Positions 1 to 13,128 are shown, counted from the first letter of the stretch. The stretch: 64,000 bases of DNA from Eledone cirrhosa (GCA_964016885.1 OZ024743.1:276768001-276832000); one strand, 5' to 3'. Numbers and translations are program-made. The notes: generated by a model not told the origin, from the sequence alone.

Positions 1-2426
1 AGTGTTGTTGTTGGTATTGTTGTTGCTGGTATTGTTGTTGCTGGTAGTGTTGTTGCTGGTAGTGTTGTTGCTGGTATTGTTGTTGCTGGTATTGTTGTTG
101 TTGGTAGTGTTGTTGTTGGTATTGTTGTTGCTGGTAGTGTTGTTGTTGGTATTGCTGTTGCTGGTAGTGTTGTTGCTGGTAGTGTTGTTGTTGGTAGTGT
201 TGTTGTTGGTAGTGTTGTTGCTGGTAGTGTTGTTGCTGGTAGTGTTGTTGTTGGTAGTGTTGTTGCTGGTACTGTTGTTGCTGGTAGTGTTGTTGTTGGT
301 AGTGTTGTTACTGGTAGTGTTGTTGCTGGTATTGTTGTTGCTGGTAGTGTTGTTGCTGGTAGTGTTGTTGCTGGTATTGTTGTTGCTGGTATTGTTGTTG
401 TTGGTAGTGTTGTTACTGGTATTGTTGTTGCTGGTATTGTTGTTGCTGGTAGTGTTGTTGCTGGTAGTGTTGTTACTGGTAGTGTTGTTGTTGGTAGTGT
501 TGTTGCTGGTAGTGTTGTTGCTGGTAGTGTTGTTGCTGGTATTGTCGTTGCTGGTAGTGTTGTTGCTGGTAGTGTTGTTGCTGGTATTGTTGTTGCTGGT
601 AGTGTTGTTGCTGGTATTGTTGTTGCTGGTAGTGTTGTTGTTGGTATTGCTGTTGCTGGTAGTTTTGTTGCTGGTAGTGTTGTTGTTGGTAGTGTTGTTG
701 TTGGTATTGTTGTTGCTGGTAGTGTTGTTGTTGGTATTGTTGTTGCTGGTATTGTTGTTGCTGGTGTTGTTGTTGGTAGTGTTGTTGCTGGTAGTGTTGT
801 TGTTGGTATTGTTGTTGCTGGTAGTGTTGTTGTTGGTATTGTTGTTGCTGGTAGTGTTGTTGTTGGTATTGTTGTTGTTGGTAGTGTTGTTGCTGGTATT
901 GTTGTTGCTGGTGTTGTTGTTGGTATTGTTGTTGCTGGTAGTGTTGTTGTTGGTATTGTTGTTGTTGGTAGTGTTGTTGCTGGTATTGTTGTTGTTGGTA
1001 TTGTTGTTGTTGGTAGTGTTGTTGCTGGTACTGTTGTTGTTGTTGGTAGTGTTGTTGCTGGTATTGTTGTTGCTGGTAGTGTTGTTGTTGGTATTGTTGT
1101 TGTTGGTATTGTTGTTGTTGGTAATGTTGTTGCTGGTAGTGTTGTTGCTGGTATTGTTGTTGTTGGTATTGTTGTTGTTGGTAATGTTGTTGCTGGTAGT
1201 GTTGTTGCTGGTAGTGTTGTTGTTGGTATTGTTGTTGCTGGTGTTGTTGTTGGTATTGTTGTTGTTGGTATTGTTGTTGTTGGTAGTGTTGTTGCTGGTA
1301 GTGTTGTTGTTGGTAGTGTTGTTGTTGGTATTGTTGTTGTTGGTAATGTTGTTGCTGGTAGTGTTGTTGCTGGTATTGTTGTTGTTGGTATTGTTGTTGC
1401 TGGTATTGTTGTTGTTGGTATTGTTGTTGTTGGTAGTGTTGTTGCTGGTATTGTTGTTGTTGTTGGTAGTGTTGTTGCTGGTATTGTTGTTGCTGGTAGT
1501 GTTGTTGCTGATAGTGTTGTTGTTGGTATTGTTGTTGTTGGTATTGTTGTTGTTGGTAGTGTTGTTGTTGGTATTGTTGTTGCTGGTAGTGTTGTTGCTG
1601 GTGTTGTTGTTGTTGGTATTGTTGTTGCTGGTATTGTTGTTGTTGGTATTCTTGCTGCTGGTATTGTTGTTGTTGGTATTTTTGTTGCTGGTAGTGTTGT
1701 TGCTGGTATTGTTGTTGCTGGTAGTGTTGTTGTTGGTATTGTTTTTGCTGGTAGTGTTGTTGCTGGTAGTGTTGTTGTTGGTAGTGTTGTTGCTGGTATT
1801 GTTGTTGTTGGTATTGCTTTTGCTGGTATTGTTGTTTTTGGTAGTGTTGTTGTTGGTATTGTTGTTGCTGGTATTGTTGTTGCTGGTATTGTTGTTGTTG
1901 GTAGTGTTGTTGCTGGTATTGTTGTTGTTGGTATTTTTGTTGCTGGTAGTGTTGTTGCTGGTAGTGTTGTTGCTGGTAGTGTTGTTGTTGGTATTGTTGT
2001 TGTTGGTATTGTTGTTGTTGGTAGTGTTGTTGTTGGTAGTGTTGTTGCTGGTAGTGTTGTTGCTGGTAGTGTTGTTGCTGGTAGTGTTGTTGTTGGTATT
2101 GTTGTTGTTGGTATTGTTGTTATTGGTATTGTTGTTGCTGGTAGTGTTTTTGTTGGTAGTGTTGTTGTTGGTAGTGTTGTTGCTGGTAGTGTTGTTGTTG
2201 GTATTGTTGTTGTTGGTAGTGTTGTTGTTGGTAGTGTTGTTGCTGGTAGTGTTTTTGTTGGTAGTGTTGTTGTTGGTAGTGTTGTTGTTGGTAGTGTTGT
2301 TGCTGGTATTTTTGTTTCTGGTAGTGTTGTTGTTGGTATTGTTGTTGCTGGTAGTGTTGTTGCTGGTAGTGTTGTTGCTGGTAGTGTTGTTACTGGTAGT
2401 GTTGTTGTTGGTAGTGTTGTTGTTGT
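1..2426. repeat. 15-bp-unit minisatellite (GGTAGTGTTGTTGCT / GGTATTGTTGTTGTT variants); runs off the window start; possible mucin-like exon on the minus strand
   Basis: Continuous tandem array with only triplet-multiple unit variants. The + strand L/V ORF is a repeat artefact. One minus-strand frame reads (T/A)TT(L/I)P. Confidence 0.95.
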
Positions 2427-3348
2427 TTCCTACAATTTCAATGCAACTAAAAATATATTACTCGATTACAAATACATGCACTGACACACATACTCCACTT
2501 GCACACACAAACACACAAACACAGACACATACACAGACACAAACACAGAAACAGGGAGAGAGGTAGAGAGAGAGGTAAAGATAGAGAGTGAGGGGAGAGA
2601 GAGAGAGGGAGAGCGATATATATATATATATATAGGAAAAGGTATGACCCCGACGGCAGAGCTCAAGTAGATTCGACGGCTATTTCTGGAGTACTCTGAT
2701 GCGTTATGGTCCATCTGGTTCCTTACCAGAATTCCTTTGTTATATCTATTTATATATATGCGTGCTGCATGGTTGCAAACGGGTTACATATGAATACATT
2801 TAGTCCTTCATCAGTGATCTTCCAGCCTTCATTGGTATTTCATCGCTTTAAAGACCATATACCTCTGGTTGGTGCGAGCAACGGCTAAAGAAAGTATTTG
2901 GGACACGTAAATTGGGGGAACGAGCGAGACAGTACACAAACAATGATGGTAATGCAACAAAAAGTGAGGAAGAAGGAGTCAAGTCCCTGAAATCGATGAA
3001 CATAAGTTCTGTGAAATCGTAGACGAGAGAGAATAAAGAACATCCGACCTGGTCGAAGTGTGAGTGAGGAAAGAATCTCGCACAGGTCAAACGAGAGGAA
3101 GTAGGAGAGGGAGTAGCAGAGAGTGAGTGAAAGTGTGAGGAAGAGGCTAACAGAGAGAGTGACTGGTAGAGGGGGTAAAAGAAAGTGAGAGATATAGAGA
3201 AAAGGTGAAGCAGTAAGAAAGAAACAGACGGGTCACAGCGGAGGAAAATATATATGAAAAATATGAAAATATGGCGTGCTGCGTGGTTCCAAATGGGTTA
3301 CATATGAATAAATTTAGTCCTTACGCATATATATATGTATATGGAATC

Positions 3349-3395
<47 letters not shown>

Positions 3396-3697
3396 TATAT
3401 ATATGTGTATATGTATATATGTATGCGTACATATATATATGTATATATGTATGTGTGTGTAAGTATGCTTTTGTGTTTTTGTGTGTGTGTTTGCATGTGT
3501 AGTTTTATTTTATTTTTCCTTTCCTTCTCCCTTCTCCAGCCTCACTTTCATATAGATTGCATTTTTGTTTTTTAAAATCCAAATTCAATAAACAAACCAG
3601 GATTTTTTCATTCTGAGGATTGAAAGCAAAACCTTTTGCTTTTAAGAAACCACTGGTAAATGGAATAATTGCCTTATGTTGTTTATTACATAATAAT

Positions 3698-3780
<83 letters not shown>

Positions 3781-3788
<8 letters not shown>

Positions 3789-4670
3789 TTTACATATACA
3801 TAAAGTTATAGATATATATGTTGCAACTGGTCACTTTTAAGCTCTATGAAGAATTAATAAATTAAATAATCAGAGCAATATATCATAAATCATGTCTTTA
3901 GAATCATTAGATAAAATATATACCGTTTCTTCTTCCAATTAGCATAATTAACCATATAAAAAATCAATTAGACCAAGCTATAAGAAGAAAGGCTCTTATG
4001 AAGAAATCTTCGACAAATAACCGAAAGTGGCCTCTTCGCGGTGGCCCCAATATAGTATATTTATCCAACATTTCGACAGCATGTGGAAACTGACTAAATA
4101 TATCATCAACCATACACAATTAGGTGTAAAATTAAACTTAGAAGAAATGTGTACATACCGTAATTATATCTCTACCATGGTTTCATCCGTATTTTTAGAC
4201 ATCCAATTAATAGGAATGTCCTGAGTTAGGATTCATCAGGAGACAAACTCAAAATCAGACATCTAGTTTTTCAACCTGATCGCGCCGAAATTAGATTAAA
4301 AAATGGCTAAGAATCGCTATGTGGCTGTGGTCAAGCTAGAAAGAATGTGATTGTCTGCTTACGGCGGGTAGGCTTGTTGCTAGAAAGCGCAGCCAAATAT
4401 CGCCAAATTTAATCTCAACCTAACGGGAGATTATTAAATATAAAGTTTTACATATACATAAAGTTATAGATATATATGTTGCAACCGGTCACTTTTAAGC
4501 TCTATGAAGAATTAATAAATTAAATAATCAGAGCAATATATCATAAATTATGTCTTTAGAATCATTAGATAAAATATATACCATTTCTTCTTCCAATTAG
4601 CATAATTAACCATATAAAAAATCAAGAAACGGTATATATTTTATCTAATGATACTAAAGACATGATTTAT

Positions 4671-4675
<5 letters not shown>
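3781..4675. repeat. Direct repeat (~3781-3966 / ~4440-4625) followed by a short inverted copy (~4625-4675), within (TA)n flanks
   Basis: tataaagttttacatatacataaagttatag...ccatataaaaaatcaa occurs twice. aagaaacggtatatattttatctaatgat is the reverse complement of part of the unit. Confidence 0.8.
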
Positions 4676-4707
<32 letters not shown>

Positions 4708-4731
4708 GCATATATATATGTATATAGAATC

Positions 4732-4778
<47 letters not shown>

Positions 4779-4862
4779 AAAGGTAAACAGAAATAACAAC
4801 ATAATCGGTACAGTATATGGAAGGAATATATTAGGTTAACGCTTGAAACAGCAGGAAGAGGG

Positions 4863-4898
4863 TCTTAACGTTTCGGAAGCTATTCCTTCATCAGAAGA
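4863..4898 (-). ncRNA. Minimal type I hammerhead ribozyme motif in a Penelope-like terminal repeat
   Basis: Minus strand reads UCUU-CUGAUGA-A-GGAA(UAGC)UUCC-GAAA-CG-UU-AAGA: complete core, 4-bp stem I, 4-bp stem II, palindromic minimal stem III. Confidence 0.8.
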
Positions 4899-4899
4899 A

Positions 4900-5065
<166 letters not shown>

Positions 5066-5360
5066 GCGTGTGCGTGTGTGTGTGTGCGTGTGCGTGTGTG
5101 TATAGATGCAATATGTGTGTGTGTGAGTGTCGAGAAGGGGAGAAAAGAGTCAAAGAGAGAGGAATATATATATATATATTTATGCTAACGGACACTTTTG
5201 GAAACTGCACGTTTTAGAAATATTTTTTCTTTTCTTTTGATGCATATAAGCTCACAGATGCACTCACATACATCATACATGTATATACTCACACCCCTCG
5301 TACACACACACACACATATATATATATATACTGTGTATTTATATATATATATATGTATAT

Positions 5361-5391
<31 letters not shown>

Positions 5392-5403
5392 CATATTATA
5401 TAT

Positions 5404-5435
<32 letters not shown>

Positions 5436-5739
5436 TGAAACGCGTAAAGTGAAACGCGTAAAGCGAGTGAGACAAGTAAACAACAGAAGGAAAAGCAAAC
5501 CGAAGGTTGGAAAACAGCAAGCCACATGGTAGTTATCCGATCAGCATAAGCTGGGTGAATTTCATGAGCAGTCAGAGAAGCAGACCGTACGCCGTGAATG
5601 CGGTGTGAGAAAGAAGGAACCCCACTAGTAGCGAATGGGAGGAAGTGAGAAGGGGAGAAACAGAGAGTGAGTGAGTGGAAGTGCGACGAAGAGGTCAGTC
5701 GAGAGAAAAAGTGTAACTGACAGAGAGGGCGAAAGAAGG

Positions 5740-5799
<60 letters not shown>

Positions 5800-5802
<3 letters not shown>

Positions 5803-6017
5803 GGTTCCACAGCCGGACGGTTGTTTATATATTGTCAAAGTTCTTTCGTCACACATTCTGTGACCTCTTTATTGACACACACAAACAAGATGGCGTAGGA
5901 CAGAACAAAGGAGAGGCACAAAACAAAGAGACGAATCCCCAGTCACTGAAGAGGTCACAGAATGTGTGACGAAAGAACTTTGACAATATATGAACAACCG
6001 ACCGGATGTGGAACCAA
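5800..6017. repeat. Inverted repeat (~5800-5877 / ~5942-6017) of a Penelope-like terminus
   Basis: The arms are near-perfect reverse complements, lie between (TA)n tracts and contain a hammerhead motif. Confidence 0.8.
5942..5984 (+). ncRNA. Minimal type I hammerhead ribozyme motif
   Basis: GUCA-CUGAAGA-G-GUCACA(GAAUG)UGUGAC-GAAA-G-AA-C-UU-UGAC; stems I and II pair perfectly. Confidence 0.7.
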
Positions 6018-6152
6018 CAAACCAACCGGAAATTTATAAATTCTTAAAAATTTTTTATAAATTCTTAAATTTATAAATTTAATTTATAATAAATTGGAGT
6101 GAAACAACTGGTGCGTGTGTTTCTTATTGGTAACATGACCCTCCCAAAGTAT

Positions 6153-6214
<62 letters not shown>

Positions 6215-6261
6215 GTATATATATATTATAATATATACATATAAATATATATATGTATATA

Positions 6262-6315
<54 letters not shown>

Positions 6316-6410
6316 TGTATATATATATAATGTATATATATAAACTGTAGAGTGCTTCTTATCCGATATCTGCATTGCTTTATTGTACTACAATAAAACT
6401 CACCTCCTAC

Positions 6411-6445
<35 letters not shown>

Positions 6446-6521
6446 CGAAGGAAATGTGGTAAGGAACCAGGTGGACCATAACGCACCAAAGTACTCAATA
6501 CTTGAAGTAGTAGAGTGGGTA

Positions 6522-6632
6522 ATAGGAACCAGTAAGACCCCGACAGCTGAGCTCAAGCCGTTTCGACGGCTAATTCTGAATTAGCCGTCGAAACGGCTTG
6601 AGCTCAACTGTTGGGGTCTTACTGGTTCCTAT
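6522..6632. repeat. Near-perfect palindrome (~55-bp arms, 1-nt spacer), Penelope-like end fold-back
   Basis: ataggaaccagtaagacccc...gacggctaattc-t-gaattagccgtc...ggggtcttactggttcctat. Related sequence at ~2644-2745. Confidence 0.85.
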
Positions 6633-6989
6633 ATATATATATATATATATACACGTATACACTTATACAGGCATACACACATACACACATACACATATAA
6701 AGACACACATGTTTATAAATGTTTGTGTTATATGGTGTATGTGGTGTCTGTGTGTGCCTGTGTGTGTGAGTGTATATCGATAGAAACATTGTACAACATT
6801 ATTTAATCTTTGTGAAATGGCGTATCCTTACAATCGTCTCCTTTATTCATGACATGAATGAAGCATGATTTATGTCAGAGAATTTACGCTAAGATAACAA
6901 GCTTTTCGAAATAAATTACAGCCCGTAGGGTGACTGTTGTATTTTGGTAATCTATAAATTTTGGTTAAGATGTGATACATTGTGACGTT

Positions 6990-7058
6990 AAGTAGTAATT
7001 GTAGTAGTATTAGTAGCAATAGTAGTAATTGTAGTAGTAGTAGTAGCAATAGTAGCAA

Positions 7059-7128
<70 letters not shown>

Positions 7129-7451
7129 TGTAGTAATAGTAGTAGTAGTAGTGGTAGTGGTAGTAGTAGTAGTAGCAGCAGTAGTAGTAGTAGTAGTAGT
7201 GGTGGTGGTGGTAGTAGTAGTCGTAGTATTAGCAGAGCAGCAGTAGTGGTAGTAGTAGTAGTATTAGCAGTATTAGTAGCAATAGCAGCAGCAGTAGTAG
7301 TAGTAGTAGTAGCAGAAGCAGCAATAGTTGTTGTAGTAGTAGTAGTTATAGTAGTAGCAGTAGTAGAAGTTGTAGTGGTAGTAGTTGTAGTAACAGAAAC
7401 AGTAGTAGTAGTAGTAGTAGCAGCAGCAGCAGCAGCAGCAGTAGCAGCAAC

Positions 7452-7513
<62 letters not shown>

Positions 7514-7565
7514 TAGTTGTTGTTGATGTAGTTGTTGTGGTGGTGGTAGTTGTAATTGTAGTTGA
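6990..7565. repeat. Degenerate (AGT/AGC/GGT)n trinucleotide microsatellite
   Basis: Direct reading of the sequence. Confidence 0.95.
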
Positions 7566-7649
7566 TGGATCCTCCGTCGAGATTGACGATGAACATTCAT
7601 TTGTACGAACCTACTTCACACCCTATTTGTAAATGAAGTATCTCATGCA

Positions 7650-7910
7650 ATAGTCAAAGCTGAACTTGTAACGTGACCCCAAGCCGAATCAGCGTGACAC
7701 AATATGTGATAAGACTGGAACTTTAAATTACCAGCTCAATCCATTCGACGGTCTTCCAAAATACAGTTTACCTCTAGCCAATTACACAGACAAAGATGGG
7801 GGGGGGGGCGACCTGAGGCTATGGTAAAGATACTTGCCTAAGATGACACGCAGTACGACAGAATCTCAGACCTCATGATTACGAGGCAAACTTCTTATCT
7901 ATTAGCCCTA
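7650..7910 (-). mobile_element. tRNA-derived SINE, family B (degenerate)
   Basis: Reverse complement resembles the copies at 22155-22460 and 24380-24775. Confidence 0.6.
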
Positions 7911-7969
7911 GCTACGTCCAATGTATTAGATGTATTACTGTCATTTATATACACTACTTTCACAAACAT

Positions 7970-8320
7970 TCGTCAAATCGGACCGAGGAAACAGTGTTTC
8001 CATTGGTCTTTCCAATTGCTATTACTATCTATCGGTTGCAACTCCAGGTAGAAGGAGCAACGTGAAATAAAGTGTCTTGCCCAAGGATCGCCGGGTCTGG
8101 GAATCGAAGTCACAAACTCAGCGTGGCTGAGTGGTTAGAGAATTAGATTCGCAATCGTGAGGTTGTGAGTTGAATTCCCAGACCCGGCGATGCGTTATGT
8201 CTTTGGGCAAGACACTTTATTTCACGTTGCTCCTTCTACCTGGAGTTGCGACCGATTGAGAGTATTAGCAATTGGAAAGACAAGTGGAAAGATTGTTTCC
8301 TCGATCGATTTGACAAAAGT
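7970..8320. mobile_element. Head-to-head inverted pair of a tRNA-headed SINE (family C)
   Basis: The + copy from ~8120 has an A-box (tggctgagtgg), a B-box (gagttgaattcc) and a gggcaagacactttatttcacgttgctcc core. 7970-8118 is its reverse complement. Confidence 0.8.
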
Positions 8321-8409
8321 CGACCGACTGTCGATATACACTAGCGGGATATTCCACACTTCATAAATGTTCTCATTCCTATTTTAATGTATAATTTTAA
8401 TGTATAATT

Positions 8410-8584
8410 CTAGCTTTGGCCCAATGCCAGAAATTTGAGGGATGAAGAAAATTGATTATATCGACCACAATTACTTAACTATTACATTATTCAATCAACC
8501 ACGGCGGGATTTGTGCTCAGAAAGTAGAAAGTCGTAATTGAATATTGCAAAGCATTTTGTCCGGCGCTTTACCAATGCTGCTAA
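8410..8584 (-). mobile_element. SINE family A (degenerate), interrupted at its 5' end by a Helitron
   Basis: Reverse-complement similarity to the copy at 22848-23075. Confidence 0.6.
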
Positions 8585-9624
8585 TCTCTATATATAAAAC
8601 TGAGGTTGTCTGTCTGTCTGTCTACTAAAACGGTCGGCACACATCTCCTCCTAAACCGTACGTTCAAATTTCGGTGAAATTGCTACACTTATAGATGAAG
8701 GTCCGGCGGGGACATCGGTCAACACAATTTTCAAATCGACCCACGCCAAGTGCAAACATCGAATTTGTAATGTATTGGTTTTTCAGTTTAAATGTATAAA
8801 TAGAGATGAGAGACGAGTTATTTCCCTTTTATGGCGTCATTTGTTTATCTATTTACGTTACGAGCAAACTACGCGTGCAAAAATACGCGAACAGTTTTCG
8901 GGCCAGCAAAATTTTAACCTGCAAAATTCATGAGTTCGAAGTTTCAACATTAAGCTTCCATTTTGCTTCATTTCCATTAAAAAGTCTTTTAAAACAATAT
9001 TTCAGCGCATCAGCCTCGCCATCACCCGAGGCAACGCTGCGAGTGTGCTGGCTTGCCTCAAAAATCATTAGAGAGGTTTCCCAGTACTCGCGACGTTGCT
9101 GTCTTTTGCCCTGGTGTTGCTCCGTTGTTCAGCCCTTCCTTTACATTTTCTTTCATATTGTAGCATTGAAGGAATATATCTTTCATTGTATCATCCTTTG
9201 TAGTATTACCGAGGAAATTGTAATGTTATTTATGTATATATTTAAAACATATTTGTTATGTTATTCTACTGTAAATTTATTTATATGCTGTTTATATTTT
9301 CATTCTGAAGCAAACGATTTGTAATGTTGTTTGTTTATATTTTGTTTTTATTTGTTATGTTGTTTGTTTATATTTTCATTCTGAAGCAAACGATTTGTAA
9401 TGTTGTTTGTGCAACTATGAATAAAATATTTTTACTTGAAAACAAGCCTATTTGAATACACTACTACCCTAAAAAATCTATGAAACTACATACATGCTGC
9501 AACTCTCTCTCTATATATATATCACGCACACACATATACATATACATCTAAAGAGAGAAGGGGAGATGTAGAGAGAGCGAGTGAGATAGGTCGTTATACA
9601 GAGAGAGGTACAAGATAATCAGAT

Positions 9625-9655
<31 letters not shown>

Positions 9656-9699
9656 ATGGCGACGAACGCTGGTTCACACACACACAAACACATATATAT

Positions 9700-9734
<35 letters not shown>

Positions 9735-10869
9735 TGCGCGTTCTTTATTGTTCTCCATTCTGTAGAGGAAGATAGAGAGAAAGAGAGAGGGGGGTATGAG
9801 TGAGAGAGAGAGAGAGGGAGAAAGAGAGAGAGAGGGTATGAGAAAACAGGGAGAGGGGTTGAGAAAGAAAGAAAGTTTAAGCAAAGAATCGCTGCTTTCA
9901 CCCTTAACGGGATCTTCTGAAACTAAAAAATTCAATCTGTGAACGCAGAATTAAATATTTAGAGAAACGTTGCAACCGAAGGAAAACAGGAAGACGATAT
10001 TTTAGTTCGTGAAGACGTTCCCTGGTAATGAAAGAAAAAAAAAGCGAGGATAATACGTCGTTATGTGGACCGAGAAGAACAATTTCATGCAAAGACAAGA
10101 CCAAGTTTATGGTGTAAATGGAGTCGTTAGACTAATATTCTATTTAAAATAACCGAATGATTTCCAGCCCCGGAGTTTAAGAATGATGCAAATAAAATTG
10201 TAAACGAAAATGACAGAAGTTATTAAAATAGTTGTTTCTACTTTTGGCACAGGGCCAGCAATTAACCAGTACATTACTGGTACTTTATTTTATCGACCCC
10301 GTAAGGATGAAAGGCAAAGTTAACCTCGACGGGATTTTAACTTTACCTTAAAATAGTAAAAGTAAATAGTTAAGATTTAAAAGTAAATACGTAGGCGCCG
10401 ACGGACATACGCGCGCGCACGTGTGTGTGTAAACCTTATGCATTTCTACAGTATTTTCACCAAACTTAAGACATATGTTACTTATGTACTCCGGATGGTC
10501 ATGGGCACTTTCATTTTTCCAGACATTGATTATAGGGCCTCCCGGTAGATAACCCCCTTTAACCACTCCCTTGGAGTCGACTGAAGCACTGCAGTGCAAT
10601 GCAACAAAACGTTATAACTTCTGTAGTTCGCAACCTATTTACCTATTTTCACAAAACTTGACACATGGGCTACGTTTGTTCTACAGATGAATGTGAACTC
10701 TCAGAATTGGCACATATTGAGTAGGGGACCCCTGGGGGCAGGAACCCCCTTTTGGAAAAAGCCGATGATTTTGTAAAAGTATAGTTTTCGAAGCAGCACT
10801 GAAGTATTGACATAAATGGTATACATAACTGATATTTAATACCCGAGCAACGCTGGGTACCTCTGCTAG
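8585..10869 (+). mobile_element. Non-autonomous Helitron
   Basis: 5' A|TCTCTATATATAAAA followed by (GTCT)n. 3' hairpin acccgagcaacgctgggt then CTAG|T. No coding remnant is evident; it may be two joined elements. Confidence 0.7.
10228..10340 (-). mobile_element. SINE family A 3' fragment
   Basis: ctggtactttattttatcgaccccgtaaggatgaaaggcaaagttaacc core. Confidence 0.85.
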
Positions 10870-11154
10870 TTCTTCATAAAATTGTTTCATATTACTAAAA
10901 ATTTAGATTATGTCTATACTTTCGCTCTAAACTTAAGATTGTTTAAAAAGTAACACACGAACTCGTTTCACTATGTTTTTTTCATTAAGATTTTGAGAGT
11001 GTCTTCAATTTCATTCAATAGCTAATGTTGTTAACAGCGCAACATTCACATACATATGGAGACATGCAAAATAATATTATAGACTGTAATATGATGGAAT
11101 TTAGCAGTAATATGTTATGTTACTTGTTGTTGCTTTTATTACTGTTGCCCAGTT

Positions 11155-11594
11155 TCAACTGTGGATCATTTGTTGGCTATCACTGAATCCAACTTCTTCA
11201 ACAGTCGGTCCTTACATTCCAATTCTTGTCCTCTTTCAATTGTGTATCTTTTGACCATAATACACCTAAATCCATCTTTTTCTCCAATTATGGATTATTT
11301 GAGATCGGCAGATTCTAGTCAACCACCCTCTTTTGTTTTGAATCCTTTGATAACTCTACCTTTTCTCCTTCAATTGTGTTGTGCATTCACTATACATCTC
11401 GATCCTTCTCCATCAATTATGGATACTTTCATGATTGTTCATCCCAAACCAACTTCTCCCTCAGTCTGTATTCCTCTTCAATTGAGTATCATTTGATTTT
11501 AATCCTTCTTCTTCATTTGATGAGTACAGTCACTGTATATCCCAAAACTTTTCCTTCAATTGTGGATCGTTTTATGACTGCACATCCTAGCCTA

Positions 11595-11595
<1 letters not shown>
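11155..11595. repeat. Old degenerate minisatellite (recurring ttcaattgtggatc-like motif)
   Basis: caattgtg/caattatgga motifs recur at roughly 45-90 bp intervals. Confidence 0.55.
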
Positions 11596-11596
<1 letters not shown>

Positions 11597-11631
<35 letters not shown>

Positions 11632-11750
11632 CTTCTTCTTCTTCTTCTTCTTCTTCTTCTTCTTCTTCTTCTTCTTCTTCTTCTTCTTCTTCTTCTTCTT
11701 CTTCTTCTTCTTCTTCTTCTTCTTCTTCTTCTTCTTCTTCTTCTTCTTCT
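11597..11750. repeat. (TTG)n-(TTC)n compound microsatellite
   Basis: Direct reading of the sequence. Confidence 0.98.
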
Positions 11751-12284
11751 CCCTGAGAGAGTCGTGGGGGCAGAATCCTCAAACACTCTCTGATCTCCAG
11801 GCTACGCACTCTATCGAGTAACGTTACTCTATGGACCCATTCGCAGGAATCCCATTTTGACCGCTTGTATTCACGATCGTATTCTTTCAGTCATTTACCC
11901 AGCCCAGGAATTGAACTCACGACTTTATGTTTGTGAGCTCAACCCCCTAACCACTAAACTACGCACCTTTAAGGGAACTAACTAACCTACACACATACAT
12001 GTATACACGTACATCAAACTCCTTCTAAAAGACACATATGTCACTTTCTGTTGACATCTTTCTGTCTTTCTTCAAAACATTTTTCTCTTTTTTTCATCTG
12101 ATTTTCCCCTTCTTTCTTCCATTTTTCTTCCCTCGTTTCATTTCATGCTTCATGCTTCATGTCTTTCTTACCCTGTCATTTTTTCTTTGATTCATTTTAT
12201 CGTATTTCGTTCACCACTTCCTTTCTTTATGTCTTCATTCTTTTCACTCTGACTTTCCTTCTTTTCTTTCCATTTCACCATATT

Positions 12285-12368
<84 letters not shown>

Positions 12369-12980
12369 TTCTTCTTTAAAAGGATGTATTTTAATTTTTC
12401 GATTGATTTTTTTTCTAGTTTAACACAGTGAAACAGAAAGACAGGAATAATGCCAAACACGTGACTTCCTGTCAAGAACATTTGGTGTATGACAGAATAT
12501 TTGTATTCTGTGTTGTTGGTGGTGATGATGATGTTGTTATTATAGTTGATGTTGCTGTTGTTAGTGTCGTTGATGTTGTTGATGCTATTGTTATCGTTAT
12601 TGATATTGCTGTAACCGCTGTTGTTGTTGTTTAACATTACATCAGTCTTGATAATTTCTATGATAAAATGAGTTCCCACGGTTATCAACTTCGTTTATTT
12701 CTAGACTGTTGTCGTCGTTGTTTCTCTTCTTTACTCACAGGTTAGGCATGATCCAAGAGGTATTTGATCAAAGACACTCACTCCTGTTGAGAAAATCCAT
12801 ATCTATTTCATATGTAAACAGGACTACATTATATAATATGTCAATCGAATATTTAAGGTAGTAGGATGTGATTTAAAAGAGATTTGGCTGGTATTTCCAG
12901 CCGGTTGAAGAGCATTTCTTATGTTGTACTATGTTGCATTTATATATGTGGCTGTATTTCACCAAACCTTCTTTCGCAGG

Positions 12981-13128
12981 ATATGTATGTATGTCACCTG
13001 TGTCATAAACCATGCAGATCTACAGCTGGCCTACTAAGTCATCTACGAAGTCATGGACGCAGATGGGATGAAAACGAAGAATCAATAGGGACGACAGTCG
13101 TCTGTGAAGACGCAGCAATCCGCTCATA
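12981..13128 (+). mobile_element. RTE-like LINE 3' tip encoding a C2H2 zinc finger
   Basis: Translates YVCHLCHKPCRSTAGLLSHLRSH and ends in TATG repeats, like the RTE ends at 30551-31692. Confidence 0.6.

Noticed and set aside
2-2566. 854-aa Leu/Val ORF on the + strand
   Set aside because: Implausible composition; a by-product of the repeat that runs on into CA/GA microsatellites.
2800-2820. CUGAUGA-AGGAC on the minus strand
   Set aside because: No closing stem II or GAAA box follows.
8120-8185. tRNA gene
   Set aside because: The A/B boxes continue into a SINE body and no complete cloverleaf is evident.
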